A stretch of 64,000 nucleotides of DNA from Sphyrna mokarran. Lineage: Eukaryota. A program made the translations under genes and the position numbers. Of the stretch, positions 23,901-37,082 are shown piece after piece. The notes beneath the pieces are model-generated. The model had not been told where the DNA came from and searched no databases. It saw nothing but the letters and a program-made list of their open reading frames with translations. The DNA lies in NCBI GenBank assembly GCA_024679065.1, contig JAGIQG010000010.1:74462001-74526000 (forward strand). Direction: 5' to 3'. How positions within the stretch are numbered: the first letter of the stretch is position 1; the number at the start of each line of letters is the position of its first letter.

Positions 23901-26320
23901 GCAGGATGAGGAAAGAGTTAGGTTAACTAGCGGTTTCAGTCATGGTAATTTCCAATTAGAAATAGCTAGTTGCAGTTAGGAAGTGAGAATACAGAAGTGG
24001 AATCTTAACTGCAAGTAGTAATTCAATCCCTTTCCTTCCACAGACCATTGACCATTTGCCCAGTTTATTTTCCCTAACAGAAGGTGAGCCTTCTAGTTCC
24101 ATTTGGAACTGTGAAATTCCTCTTTAGCCTGTAAGATAGAAGTGCAACATGAAGTTTACTGTGAGATGGCTTTTAATTCCTTTAAGTGGAAACCCTGATT
24201 TATCCATGTTCTCGAAATCTGGTCAAGTGATACTTTAATGGGAGAGAGGAGGAAAAGTTGGGGGAAAAAGCCAACCCCAATCTCCCTTAGTAAGGTTGTC
24301 ATAGACAGTTTCAGAGTGTTACAGGCAGTCTCTGGAAAATGAACCTGTCCTCTCAGAGAAGCAAGGGGAAGAGCTTAGTTAGGAATTAAATAATTTTTAA
24401 AAAGATCAAAATACTATATAAATAAAACAAACCATATAAAAGTGACAGTAATAGTTCATCACATCACATACTAATTAATGATATTTCATTCCGATGGTAT
24501 AGACATATGGAATAGGCTGTTTGTTTTGATAAATATTTGAAGGACATCTCCAGCGACATTAATTCAAAAATAGAAAAGAATCTCATCAGCTTTAATGTAT
24601 GCAGTGAACACATAAGGCATTTCAACAAACCAAAGGAATAGCAATTCCTAAGACAACAGCTGACAGATGTATCCGTGTTGAAAGTATTGTTCATTTTTGT
24701 GTACCATTTAAATAAATTAAATCTCTACAGTACAAGGCAAGAACAAAAGGTACAATAGCTACTATTGTGAATCTGCACACTAGAACATGGCCCCTTTGTA
24801 AGTATCTGATCAGAACAGCCTACAGACCCAGTGTTTTGGGTGGTCTTAGCTGCAGGTTACACCCCAAAGCTCTGTAAGCAATCATGTAATGACATGTCGT
24901 TTACAATTTCTCACCTTCAAACGTCCCGGATTACTACAGTCACAGTGGTTTTGTAAAACTGCATATTAATACCAACGTTTTATTAGCCACGAAAAAAAAT
25001 CCAACCAGGGCGCTGTATAGGTCTTTTCATTCACTATTAAATATAGATACCATTTTTGTTCTATCTGCTCTGGGACTAAACATCTAAATAAAATATAAGC
25101 AGCCAAATCGAGCCTCAAGACATTAAATAATTAACCGCCTTTAGTGGTTTTGCAGCAAATAGTAAATTGAGTACTGCTCAGTCAGACAATTTAGTTTCCA
25201 GCCTCTGGCAGGTTTACATGTGGTTGTCCAAGTAGTTCACGATAGGAACACAAATGCTGGTGCTAGCAATGATCGAACAATATGAACTAAAATTGCATAG
25301 GCAAATCTTTAAACTGCTTTCACATTGATATTTGCTCCAAAGTTGGAATGAATATCTTTTTCTGCTCTTTTGGTGCTGAAATTCTTGACATTTGTTCAAT
25401 TACATGTACTGACTTACCACAGACCAGTAATTAATTACAGAACCTTTGATGTTTACTTGAACCAGGACCATGTAGCTGGAGTTTTGTTTAATAAGCCATT
25501 AGGGTGGCAATTTCTTTTAAGTTTGATTAACTCTTGTTAGTTGCTTTTCCCAGTTACTAATTATTTGTAATATTTCTCCTGAACCAAAGAAAAAACAATT
25601 AATGATTCAAACAAATCCAGTGTGACTTCTGTAAATAATAAATTGTTCTCCACATCTTTTAAAAAGGTACATGCATTAACTGTTTTCTGATTTATTCAGC
25701 TAAAGGTACACAAATGGATTTATCATCACTCCTGCACAGTTGACAGAACATCACTCATGAGCAAGAGGCCTATTCTTTTCTCTATCAATCAAATTGATTC
25801 ACATCTGTAACATCAAAACAGCATGGAATCTCTGGTATTTTGAAAGCTTTACTACTGACACTTTTTGCTTTATTTGTGACAACCAGATGGAAAGGAGCCC
25901 GCTAAAACTCTCAGAAATATTGGAATACGGAAACAAACAACAGTAATGAGACATGAAAGCAATAAGGAAGGGCCTTGGATTCCCTCAAAATAGAAAAATC
26001 AGATCTTGAAATGATCAATTAATGGAATGCCCTGAATACTAATCCAAAATAAATGTATTATTCTGACAAAAAAAAATCAATAAATCTTAGTAAATGGACA
26101 ATGAAAGTCAAAGATTCTGGACTCCTCATGTATGAATGTAAAAATGTCAACTGATGCTGGAGGTCAAACCTACATTTTACACCTGGATCCAAGCAGCAAA
26201 CCCATTTTAATTCCTCTTCAAAGGAACTTCCAAATTCCCATCAAATTATACAGAAGCACTAGACCTTATTCTAAATTCACTAATAGGTGGCTACTACTGT
26301 GTATATTTTGGACCACATGT

Positions 26321-26482
26321 AGGGTGGGACTTTTTCCTCCTCCACAGCATGTTTTGCAGCGGCAGCATTGTATGGCCCCATCTTTGTCAATGGAGTTTTG
26401 CGTTGAATGCGTTCCTCACTGCTGGGAAACCAGCAGTGGGAGCGTAAGATTCTGCCGGCGTGAACAGGAGCAAGGTTTTCTC
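26321..26482. mobile_element. Short MITE
   Basis: Starts agggtgggactttt; internal gtcaatggagttttgcgttgaa and gtaagattctgccggcgtgaac resemble the short-MITE family. Confidence 0.5.
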
Positions 26483-27589
26483 GATAAAGTTTATCAGCAG
26501 TCAGGAACTGCAGAAATTACTAGTGACATGTTCAGCTGTTAACATTCCGAGAGGTTATTAATTAGTGACCTGGCCGTAGAAGATGTTTTGTTCTGGTGGT
26601 ATGAAGTGGGTCTACATGACAGTTGGGGCAAGTCTGAAAATAAGTTGGCCTTTGAGTGAGTGCAGGTATTTGTGAACTGCTTGGAATTGCACTCAAGGTT
26701 GGGGGTAGCGGTGGGAGCTGTGAAATGATACTGCAAAGAATTTAGCTGCATCTTGAGGATCTCAAAAAACGACTTCGAAGAGAGCTGAAGTGAAATGGTG
26801 AATCTTACAGCTGCATGTGATATGGGCTATAATTGAAAGCAACTCCAATTTGCAGCCATGCACTTTGCCTTTAAATACCTCACTTTGTGCACAGTTTTAA
26901 AAAATTAACTATGGCTTCGGCTACTAGAAGTGTCAGTCAGTATTTCCATAAATGTCAATCGCTGAAGATCTTCAATTTAATATTTCAACAGCAAACCTAC
27001 CACTGTTTCTTTTTCTCCTGTTATTGCAGCTACAGTAGCACTACTGATCTATGACCTTTAGACAACAAATTAAGCCAGACACATTTTCTTTCGCTTTGTC
27101 AGTTGAACTAACTGCTTGACATTTATGGATTCTTGGTTGTAAAATGTGAGCTCCATGTACATCAGTCATGTGCAACAACATCTGCCTTCTTTGCTTTTGT
27201 CATGCAAGGTCATACCATGCTGATTATTATACAGGAAAGCATCTAATTCCAGGTCACTGTTTTAAGGATCTGGATTTCTTGCTAAGTATCAGTGCTGCCT
27301 TTAAAAACATAAGCTATTGGCGTTTTTGATTAGCATTTTGGTCATAGATGAATAGTGATTTTACAATCCAGGTTTACAAACAACGTTTTCTGAGATAAAT
27401 CAGCAGTTGTCCAACTTTATTTGCTTAGTGCAGAATAGATTAGTTAATTTCCTACTGTGATTATTGAAAAATCATTAAGGCATTTCCAAGGAAACAAATA
27501 GTTCACTTTCCTGACTTTTAATTTCAATTTCCTCTTTTCAGAAACCCAATCATCTTCCCCTTCCTAATATTAGAATGCCACACCTATAC

Positions 27590-28122
27590 AGCATTGGAAT
27601 AGCTGGCAATATTGTGAGCAGGATACTGCAGTTTAGGAAGGCCTTGGAAGGAAGGAGTGCAGCATAGATTTCCCAGAATGATGCCTGGACGCCAAGAGTT
27701 AAATTGTAAGGGCAATCCAGGGTTGGAATTTAAACCTTGGAATTTATAAAAGGTTATTTGGTCAAAAATTTCAAGATCTTAAGGAGAACAGATTGAAGGA
27801 AACTATTTCTGCTAGCTGAGGAATCTACAGGATGGAGGTAAGAACTAAACATTAGAACCAGATTTTTCAGGGGTGAAATTGAGAACCAATTCTACATACA
27901 AATGATATGAGGATATCGGAAAGGGTATTGGAAACTTTCTTCCACAACAGGCAATTCATGCAAGATCACTGTTATTTTTAAATCTAAGATTGATAGATTT
28001 TTGTTCACCAAAGGTATTAAAATGAAACACATGGAGTTAGGCCATAGATCAGCAATGATTTTACAGAACAACAGGAACAGACTTGCAATGTAGAGTGATC
28101 TACTTCTATTCCAATATTCCTA
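27590..28122 (+). mobile_element. Degraded CR1 3' end
   Basis: ttggaaggaaggagtgcagcatagatt.cccagaatgatgcctgg ... gatagatttttgttcaccaaaggtattaa ... ctacttctattccaatattccta. Confidence 0.7.
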
Positions 28123-28499
28123 GAACTATAAATATTACCGATCAGTAACCAGTGAGAGTACAACACTACAGTATTTTCCCCATTAAAGTCCTCGTTGCTT
28201 TCTTTAAAAGTACAACTTTAAGGAAGCAAAGTTAAGTGAATCAGATTTACCCATTAGAATAAATGGAGTTAGGTTCCACAGTGAGTTTCTTTCATACATA
28301 TAAAAATGCAGAAACTTAAATTTTAAGTTATGTTGATTGTGGAAGACGTGGCCACAAGTAAACTCACCAAGAACATTTGAATAAAACTTTTGGGTTGGTT
28401 TGGGTTATATAGAAAAGGTATTTCCTACTTCATGCTTCTGAATTTTACTTAATGATTCTTAATATTAGAAAACAAAAAAATTGTATATCTAAATAAATG

Positions 28500-28650
28500 C
28501 AAAATACTTCTATGCTGGAGATGTGAAACAGAAACAAGGTGCTGGAAAAATTGAGCAGGTCTGGCAGTATTCATGAAAACAGAAACAGTTTCTCTCTCCA
28601 AAGATGCTGCCTGACCTGTCAAGTTCTTTCTGCAGTTTCTGTTTTTAATA
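28500..28650. mobile_element. Palindromic Penelope-like terminal remnant (head-to-head arms)
   Basis: Arm 28526-28586 pairs imperfectly with arm 28588-28646 (caggtctggcag / ctgcctgacctg; aaacagaaac / gtttctgttt). The same arm occurs at ~43480-43570. Confidence 0.6.
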
Positions 28651-29230
28651 TCTGTATATTTGCATTACCCAGCTATCGTCATGTCACACTTTATGACTTG
28701 AAAATGTTAATGGGGAAAGTAGTTGTAGAGCGTAATAGCAACATAGATCTTGCTTCCAGTACCATGTTTTTGTTGTTCACATTTATAACAACACGTGCCA
28801 AGCACTCAGAAGCCAGTCTAGTTGTGTGACATCACAAGAGGGGAGATGAGGAGATGACAGTTTCAATCTGTTCTCTCCTATGTCCTCAACTATGACTTTG
28901 ACAGTCAGTAACCTGTATTTTGGATGAATCCACAAACCACGTGGTAGACTCTGCAAGTCTCCCTGGAAATGCTGATATTTGTAAATGGACACACAAACTA
29001 AGAGAAATCTAGCTGAATTAATATTTATTGTCAAAGGTCCTGACGTCAATTGTATGATTCCTATAGCAATGCCTTCCAAGATCAGCTAATTTAGGACAAA
29101 CCATTAACTGAAGTTAGACTTATTATTAAAGTAACAGCTGAAGCATTAAAGTACTGCATGTATATAATTCTTACCAATTCTATCCTCTAGGATCAGTCAG
29201 AAAATGGCTTCTTCATTCCTTCACTTCACA

Positions 29231-29505
29231 GGGCCACACGGTAGCACAGTGGTTAGCACTGCTGCTTCACAATGCCAGGGATCCAGGTTCGATTCCCAGC
29301 ATGGGTCACTGTCTGTGTCGTTCTTCCTGTGTCTGCATGAGTTTCTTCAGGATGCTTCCATTTCCTCCCACAGTCTGAAAGGTGTGCTGGTTAGGTGGAT
29401 TGACCCAAACAGGCACTGGACTGTGGCAAATAGGGAAATTTCACAGTATTTCACTTCATTGCAGTGTTAATGTAGGCCTTATTTGTGATTAATAAATAAA
29501 CTTTA
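29231..29505 (+). mobile_element. Near full-length HE1/V-SINE-like SINE with tail type B
   Basis: A box tagcacagtgg, B box ggttcgattcc, V core, and tail cacttcattgcagtgttaatgtaggccttatttgtgattaataaataaacttt. Confidence 0.9.
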
Positions 29506-29584
29506 TTTCATTTTGTTCCAGGAGAATACATACCCGAGAGAAATATGTCCGGCTTTTAGACAGTCAGATGTTGAGCAGTTTTTT

Positions 29585-31530
29585 TTAAATTCACATACAC
29601 TTTCACAGGGTGTGACCATTGCTGAGCAGTCCAGCATTTACTGATCATCCCGAGTTGCCTGTGAGAAAAATGGTGAAACACTTTTCTTGCACCACTGCAA
29701 TCTTTGTGGTGTAAGTACATCCAGAGTGCTGTTAGGAAGGGAGTTGTAGAATTTTGATCCAGCTATCCTGTAGGAAAGCCATATAATTACAAGTCAGAAT
29801 GCTGAGTCAATTGGACAGGAACTTCTGGGTAGTGGTGTTCCCATGCATCTGCTGCCGTTGTCTTTCTAGATGCTGAAGTCATGAGTTTGGAAGATGTTGT
29901 CAAAGGAGTCTTCGTGTGTTCCAGCAGTGCATTTTGTAGATGGTACACACTGCTGCTACAGTGGATCACTGGGGAGCAAGTAAATGTTGAAGGATATGGA
30001 TGAAGTACCAGTCAAGCAGACTGTTTTGTCCTGGATGGTGTCAAGCTTCTTGAGAGCTCTTGAAGTGTCATTCATCCAGGCAGATAGACAGCATTCCATC
30101 ACATTCCTGACTTGCGTCTCCTAGATGATCAACAAGCTTTGGGGGGGGGTCAGGAAGTGAATTACTTATTGCAGAGTTTCCAGCCTCTGACTTGCTCAAA
30201 TGGCCACGGTATTTATACAATCAGTCTAGTTCAGTTTCTGATCAATGGGTTTCCCAGAGTGTTGTTAGTGGGATTTACAGTGATGGTAATACCACTGAAT
30301 ATCAAGGAAATATGGTTAGATCTTCTGTTGTTGGAGATGGTCATTGCCATTGCTTGTACTTGTGTGACATAAATGTTACTTGCCATTTATTAGCCCAAGC
30401 TTGAATGTTGTTTAGGTCTTGCTGCATTCGGAAATAGACTGCTTCAGTTTCTGAAGAATTGCAAGTGCTGTTAAACTTTATGTAATCATCAGTGAACATC
30501 CTCACTTTTGACTTTGTGATGTAGGGAAGCTAATTAATGAAGCAGCTGAATATGGTTGGGTCTAGCACACCATCCTAGATAACTCAGTGACTCATGCAGT
30601 GATATCCTGGGACTGAGATGATTGACGCCCAACAATCACAAACATCTTTTTTTGTGTGAGGCATGACTCTAACCCACCTTCCTCCCCCACCCCAGATTCC
30701 AGTACTGCTTGGGCTCCTTGTTGCCATACACAATCAAACGCTGCCTTGATATCAATGACAGTCATTCTCACCTCACCTTTGATGTGACCCTCTTCTCTTC
30801 ATGCTTGGACCAACACTGTAATGAAGTTAAAAACTGAGAAGCCCTGGCAGAACCCAAACTGAGCATGTGAGCAGGCTGTTGTCACGCAAATGTGTTTGCA
30901 CTGTTGGTAACCCCTTTCATCACTTTGCTGATAGAGGGTACGATGATTGGACAGAAATTGGAAGAATTGGATTTGTCCTGTTTTTTGTTGATACATTATA
31001 CAAGGGCAAATTTCCACCGAGTAGATGCTAGTACTATAATTGCATTGAAACAGTTGGTTAAGTACATTGCTAATTCTCCGGCAGAAATCTTCAGTACTAT
31101 TGCCAGAATGTTGTCAGGGCACATAGTTTTTGCCTTCAGTGATCTGATATCATGTGGATCAATCTGATTGAAACTAGCATCTGCGAAGCTGGAGACCTCA
31201 GAAGAATGCCAAGATGGATTATCTATCCTGTATTTTCAACTGAGGATGTTTGAAAATGCTTCACCCCTTTCTTTTGTACTGAAGTGCTGGATCTCCCATC
31301 ATTGAAGATAGGGATATTTGTGCAGCGTTCTCTTCCAGTTAATTACATAATTGTCCATGAGCATTCACGACTGAATGTGGCAGGACTGCAGAGTTTAGAC
31401 CTGATCATTTGATGGTGGGACTGTCCAGCTCTGTCTGCTGTTTATGCTGTTCAAAATGCAGGAAGTCCTGAGTTGTAGCTTCACCAGATGACATTTCATT
31501 TTTAGGTATGCCTGGTGCCCTTCAGCACTC
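29585..31530 (-). mobile_element. Degraded CR1-clade LINE (RT through 3' end), second family
   Basis: The minus strand at ~30480-30680 reads approximately LESCLTQKKMFVIVGRQSSQSQDITA...VLDPTIFSCFIN*LPYITKSKVRMFTDDY (RT core). The 3' tail at ~29585-29700 matches 23440-23538 and 62160-62245. Confidence 0.8.
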
Positions 31531-32914
31531 TCCATTTTAACCTAGTTTATTACAAAACTCACATTCCTAACAACAACTCAGATTTATGTGACAACAATTT
31601 TGCATTTACTTTCTACCACTGTAAAAAATATATTGATGTTGTTCCTTTGGAGAACATTCTGATGTCTTTGAATTTAATTTCGTCTTCTATATTCAGAACA
31701 ATCAAGGAATAATTTCCTCAATCACAGGTGCTTTTGCAAAATTCTACTTCATAGAGCATTAAAACATTCATCATTCACTGCATGACCACACAAACACAGC
31801 ACAATTTTAGCGAAGCTAAACTCCTGAAAAGTGCATAACTTTGTGTTCGTCTGAAGAAACTGACTTTAAAATCAAACTGACTCTTGGGTCAGCACACAAG
31901 ACGATCATGTTGTACAGTGTTACTAAGTTATCCATTCAATAATACTATTTCCCTGTTCAAAAGGCAGAGCTATTTCTGAACTGTAGACCTAGCCTCTGCC
32001 ATTATCAACATTCACTAATTTCCGATTTATAGAGGAAACAGCCATTTACAGGTCAAGGCACATTAAGATTGATTTACCAGCCCGTGGAATCACACAAATT
32101 GCTAATAATAAAGCACATTAGTGGAGAAAGACTCAGCCTTTGCATAATAAAATATTTTCCCTCTAATTTCCAGAAATTAGTACATTCAGAAATATCACAG
32201 TTCCAAGAGCACTGTGCAGGACGCAATACATTGATATTTAACAAAACACGCTTAAAAATAATCAACAAATGTCTTTAGGATCTTCCCTCCAAATGCATTG
32301 TATAACAAATGGTTTCAGGATGTTGATTGATCATCAATATGCTAAAAATTAGTTTTCACAAAATGTGTTTTACCAGACATGTTCAGTGACAATAGCATAC
32401 AACCCAAGTGAAATCCTTTGAATTACATCTCACTCACAAGAAATTATAATATCAGGAGCTTCGTGCAATCACGAACTGGCTGATTGTATTTCCATTCAAC
32501 TTGCTGATCACATGAAATTAAAGACAAATAGGGACTGAAGCTGGACTCCCAGTAAATTCAGGACAGCTGCAGAGGAAAACGTGTTAAAAGAATAATTGTA
32601 CAATGAAACATGGAAGAAAATTGCTTCAGAAATGTGATGTAGTGACACATGAGCAATCTGCAAAGTATCTTTGGAAACCAACTTAAGAATTCAAACAAAA
32701 CCATTACAAACAAAAATGCTAAAACCGACACAATCAATTATGTTTTCACAAGAAATAATTGAGTATAATTTGTACAGGCACTTCCTAGGGCAAAATGGAT
32801 TTTCACTCCTAATATAAAATCAAAATAGGATTAGCATTCTGGTTTCTATTAGGAGAGAGAATATCATTATGGAAACCCTGTTTCACTCTACAAGGAACTC
32901 AATGAATTGTAAGT

Positions 32915-33065
32915 GTGTGTTAATGGTAAGAAACAGTATCGTCAGGAAAATAGATACCGTTTTCTCAATTGCACTCAGGAATCCTGAAGGTTGCCCTGAC
33001 TGCCCAGTGCCAAGGTTAAAAACAGCTCCTCACAACAGAAGAACTTATAAGGGAAGTAGGACTAG
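32915..33065 (+). mobile_element. CR1 ORF1 esterase fragment
   Basis: VRNSIVRKIDTVF / ...RLP*LPSAKVK (cf. VGDSIVRGID...CCLPGARVK). Confidence 0.55.
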
Positions 33066-34914
33066 GACATCTCATTGAGCAAATTGTCGATCTACTTCAC
33101 ACATCATAAATGTCCTGCCAAAGTCAAAGTCAACGGACATTTGAACAGCTTGTGTATTTTATAGCATTGCACCTACTGCGATGGGACAATAAAATTCTAT
33201 CTGAGATGATATTCACCAGTTATACATGATAGTTAACTTAATTCTTCAGCAAACATATATACACAGGATATGCCAACAGTGATACTGACCTTAACAGGTC
33301 CATGACATATAGGGAAATGCTAGAAATCAAACTGACAATTTGTGATTTAAAATGGTGGATTGATGATGAATCAACAGAAACCATTTGTTATACAATGTGT
33401 TTGGAGAGAAGATCCTAAAGACATTTGTTGATTATTTTTAAGCATGTTTTGTTAAATGTCAATGTATTGCAACCTGCACATAGTATATTTCATATAACCA
33501 GTCTTTCTCTCCCCACAGAAAGAGGAGAGCTGTTGTGTAATTGGCAGGAATGCCAAATCTATTAAGTCTTGTCTAGCTAATTCTGAACATCTAAACGTGA
33601 GAGGTATTAACAAGTGTGCTTTTATATTTCCTTCTTCTCATTTCACTTACAATTGGGATTTTATAGTTAGTATTTTTCTTACTGACCACTGCACATTTCT
33701 ATCACAGATGTGTTTTGAATGAAATGCCTTAATGTGCTTTAATGATCCTTTCGGTAGGAGTTTTTCATTCCAGTAACTAGATTTGATTCTCCTGAAGGTT
33801 ATATTAAATACCAGCACAATATTTGCACTCTTTTAGGTTTGCTTACAATATGAAATTATTCTTCTTGGCTGCTGATATAATATTGATTTGATTAGCTAAT
33901 CAGCTAATTAAAATGCAGCAGTGAAGATTGGTTCAGAAACCCATTACAATGGTTTTCCAAAATGAAACAAAAATGTCAGGTTGATTTCTGCTAACTGCAC
34001 TTTGTCATATTTTTAAAAATTATTTTCCTTTGTAGCTTTGAATCAAGTGCCTTCTGCGCAGGGCAGAACAGAATGAATAACAGAAGCAGGTGCAGGATTA
34101 GCTTCTTCGACAACCTTTCCTGACATTAAGCTCATACGTTTTTATAAAAACAGTTCTCCTGTTCAGGAGTTCAAGTTAAGTAATTCCTTAAAATGAGTAA
34201 ATAGCAGTAAACATTATTCAGAAAGAAGGAGGAACGTGTTAAAATAAAGTTTTGCAGAGCCAAGAAATCAAACTTTCAAATTGTGCAAAAAGCTGAAGTT
34301 TTTCAATTATGCAAGAACATACTGTGCACCACCTAATCTGGATCCAAGAGCAAAACAATTAGGAGGTGACCACAGGATAGGTTAAGAATGGATATTTCAC
34401 CCACAGTGTCCTCAGACTGCAAGAAAGGATCTTTCATCAGTGATCCAAATTTGACAAATCACTGTTATCAACTAGAGTTGCCACATCATGTCTAAACTCA
34501 TTAACTTCAACAATTTATGCCTGATTCAACAAAGGCTAAGCATCCATACAATATTTGTGGTGACTTTTCAATAGATTGTAAAATCTACTTAGAGAGGTCT
34601 TAAGGCTCAGTGGGTAGCAGCTCTGCCTCGGAGCTCGGAGTAATCAAATTGTACTGTACAAACATAGGCTTCTGAACAAAAATCTTAATTTGCATGTATT
34701 CTTGGGATAACACATGAAATTCAGGATATTTGTTCAGTAGTCTTAGTTCTAATGAAGTCGTCACACTAATGTTCTTGTGATTCGGACACCAGGACACACA
34801 TCCTTCTCCATTTAAATAGTATGCTGCTTTGCTATTTTTCCTGCCAAACTTCACATTTCCCCAGGCATAATGGCCCATTCACTTAACCTATCCGTATTCC
34901 TTTGCAGACTTTAT

Positions 34915-35908
34915 CATTCGGATTCTCCCAAAAACATTCCAAGTCCCCAAATGGGAGTAAAGCCCGCTACATTTTCAGCATGATTTCCAGATTGAATCTC
35001 CCACACTGTGCATCACAGAGTGCCCTAGTAGCAGTGCGTGGGGCCTATTCCCACCGAGATGCCGGCAGCATAGTCCTGAACAGGCTACAATGCATGCACA
35101 AATCTAACAGCACTGAGATTGGCAATGCACAGTGGTCCTGCACTGCTGGCATCCCAATCACTGCCCAATCCCACAAACACCAACGCTGGCCTTCTGACCT
35201 CCACAGCCCTGACTGCTTGAATCCTGAACCTCTCCAGGCCAGCCCCCGTAATCTCCATCCCTGGCCTGCCCCGGTCTTCCCGCCACCCAGCTAGTGCCAA
35301 TCTCCCGATCCCCTCCCAATCCCTGACAGTCCCAACACCACCCCACCCTCTGCAATCCAATCTCCAGCAACACCCCCCGCCAACTCTCCAAGCCTGTTTG
35401 GCCTGCTGTAATTGCTATCCTCCCTCCCTCTGATACTGATTCAACAATTCTCAGTGCTGAGTGGCAGCAGGACCCCACCCCCCCAAATCTCTCTCCTAGG
35501 CCCCACCCCTTGGCACTGCCCGATGTCCATGGGCAAAGCCACTTTGCCCCTTGACAATGCCAGGGAACCAGACTGGCACCCCCTTACTCCTGACCTCCTG
35601 GAGGGTCTCCTTGGCCTCCAGCCAGGTCAGGCCACCTGTCCCCCATTAGTGGGAAGCAGTTGTAACAATCCTGGCAAGGGGGAATGGGAGTATGGAGACT
35701 TCAGAGCTGGGCTCGCTAATGAAATGGAACTATGGATTAGCATATTATAATCAATGCCATGCCAATTTCCAGTGTGGAGCTGATTACTCTGAATATCTTT
35801 GCCACAGTGATGTATAGAGGCCACGGCGCCAAGTAGGAAGCCGACAAAATGGCCTCCACTGATACTTCCTGGCCCCATCGCGCAGCAAGCTGTGAGAATC
35901 GCACTCCC
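34915..35908 (+). mobile_element. ~1-kb GC-rich MITE (PIF/Harbinger-type) inside the CR1
   Basis: Ends gattctccca / tgtgagaatcgcactccc; the internal gattgaatctcccacactgtgcatcacagagtgcc is shared with the 46026 copy. Confidence 0.75.
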
Positions 35909-36524
35909 TTTTATGTTTCCTTTACCACTTTTTCTACCTATCTTTGTGTGATCTGAAAATTTAGTAGCTAAGCATTTGGCCTCTTCATCCACATCATGGA
36001 TATACATTGTAAACTGTTGAGGCCCCAGCACTGATCCCTGTGTCATTCCACTCATTATATTTTGCCAGCCTGAGAAATAACCCATTTATACTAATTCTGT
36101 TTCCTGTTAGCTCATCAATCCCTATCCAGGCTAATTGTTATCCCTATACCATGTGCTCTTGCTTCATATAGCAAGCTTTGATGTGGCACCTTGCCAAATG
36201 CCACCTGGAATTCAAAGTACGCCACTTTCACAGGTCTCCCATTATCTTTGTTGCTAATTATTTCCTCAAAGAAATTAGTCAAAACACAATTTTCCTTCCA
36301 CACAACCATACTGACTCTATCTGGCTGCATTGAGATTTTCCGAGTAACCTTCTTCATAATAGATCCCAGCAGAATCCTTATTATAAATACTAAGCTAACT
36401 GGCCTCTAGTTTCCTGCTTTCTGTCTCCCTCCTTTCTTAAATAAAGGAATTACGTTAATTATTTTCTAATCTGATGAAACCTTTCCAGAATCTTGGGAAT
36501 TCTAGAAAATTAAAAACAATTAAT

Positions 36525-37082
36525 TTTGTCCTTCGTTGCTAGAGGGATGGAGTTTAAAAACAGGAGATCATGTTGCAGCTGTATAAGGTGTTGGTGAGGC
36601 CACATTGTAACGTGTACAGTTTTGGTCTTTTTACTTGAAAAACGATATACTGGCACTGGAGGGGGTGCAGAGGAGATTTACTAGGTTGATTCTGGGGATG
36701 AGAGGGTTGGCTTATGAGGAATGGCTGAATAGACTGGGATTATACTCTTTTGAATTTAGAACAATGAGGGGGGATCTTAAGAAACAAATAAGATTATGAA
36801 GGGAACAGATAAGATAGATGTAGATAGGGTGAAACCAGAACTAGGGGACATAGCCTCAGAATAAGGGGGAACAAATTTAGGACTGAATCGAGGAGGAACT
36901 TCTTAACCCAAAGGGTTGTGAAACTGTGGAATTTCCTGCCCAGTGAAGCAGTTGAGGCTACTTCGTTGAATAAGGGATTAACAGCCAGGGCAGGGCGGTG
37001 GGGGGAGGCAGCAGTGGACCTAAGTCCACAAAAAGAGCAGGCTGAAGGGGCCAGATGACTTACTCCTTCTCCAAGTTCTCAT
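36525..37082 (+). mobile_element. CR1 3' end nested in the minus-strand CR1
   Basis: LQLYKVLVRPH..LEGVQRRFTRLILGMRGLAYEE..; tail ggctgaaggggccagatgacttactccttctcc. Confidence 0.85.

Noticed and set aside
29231-29300. tRNA gene (A and B boxes present)
   Set aside because: It is a tRNA-derived SINE head continuing into the V core; there is no cloverleaf or acceptor stem.
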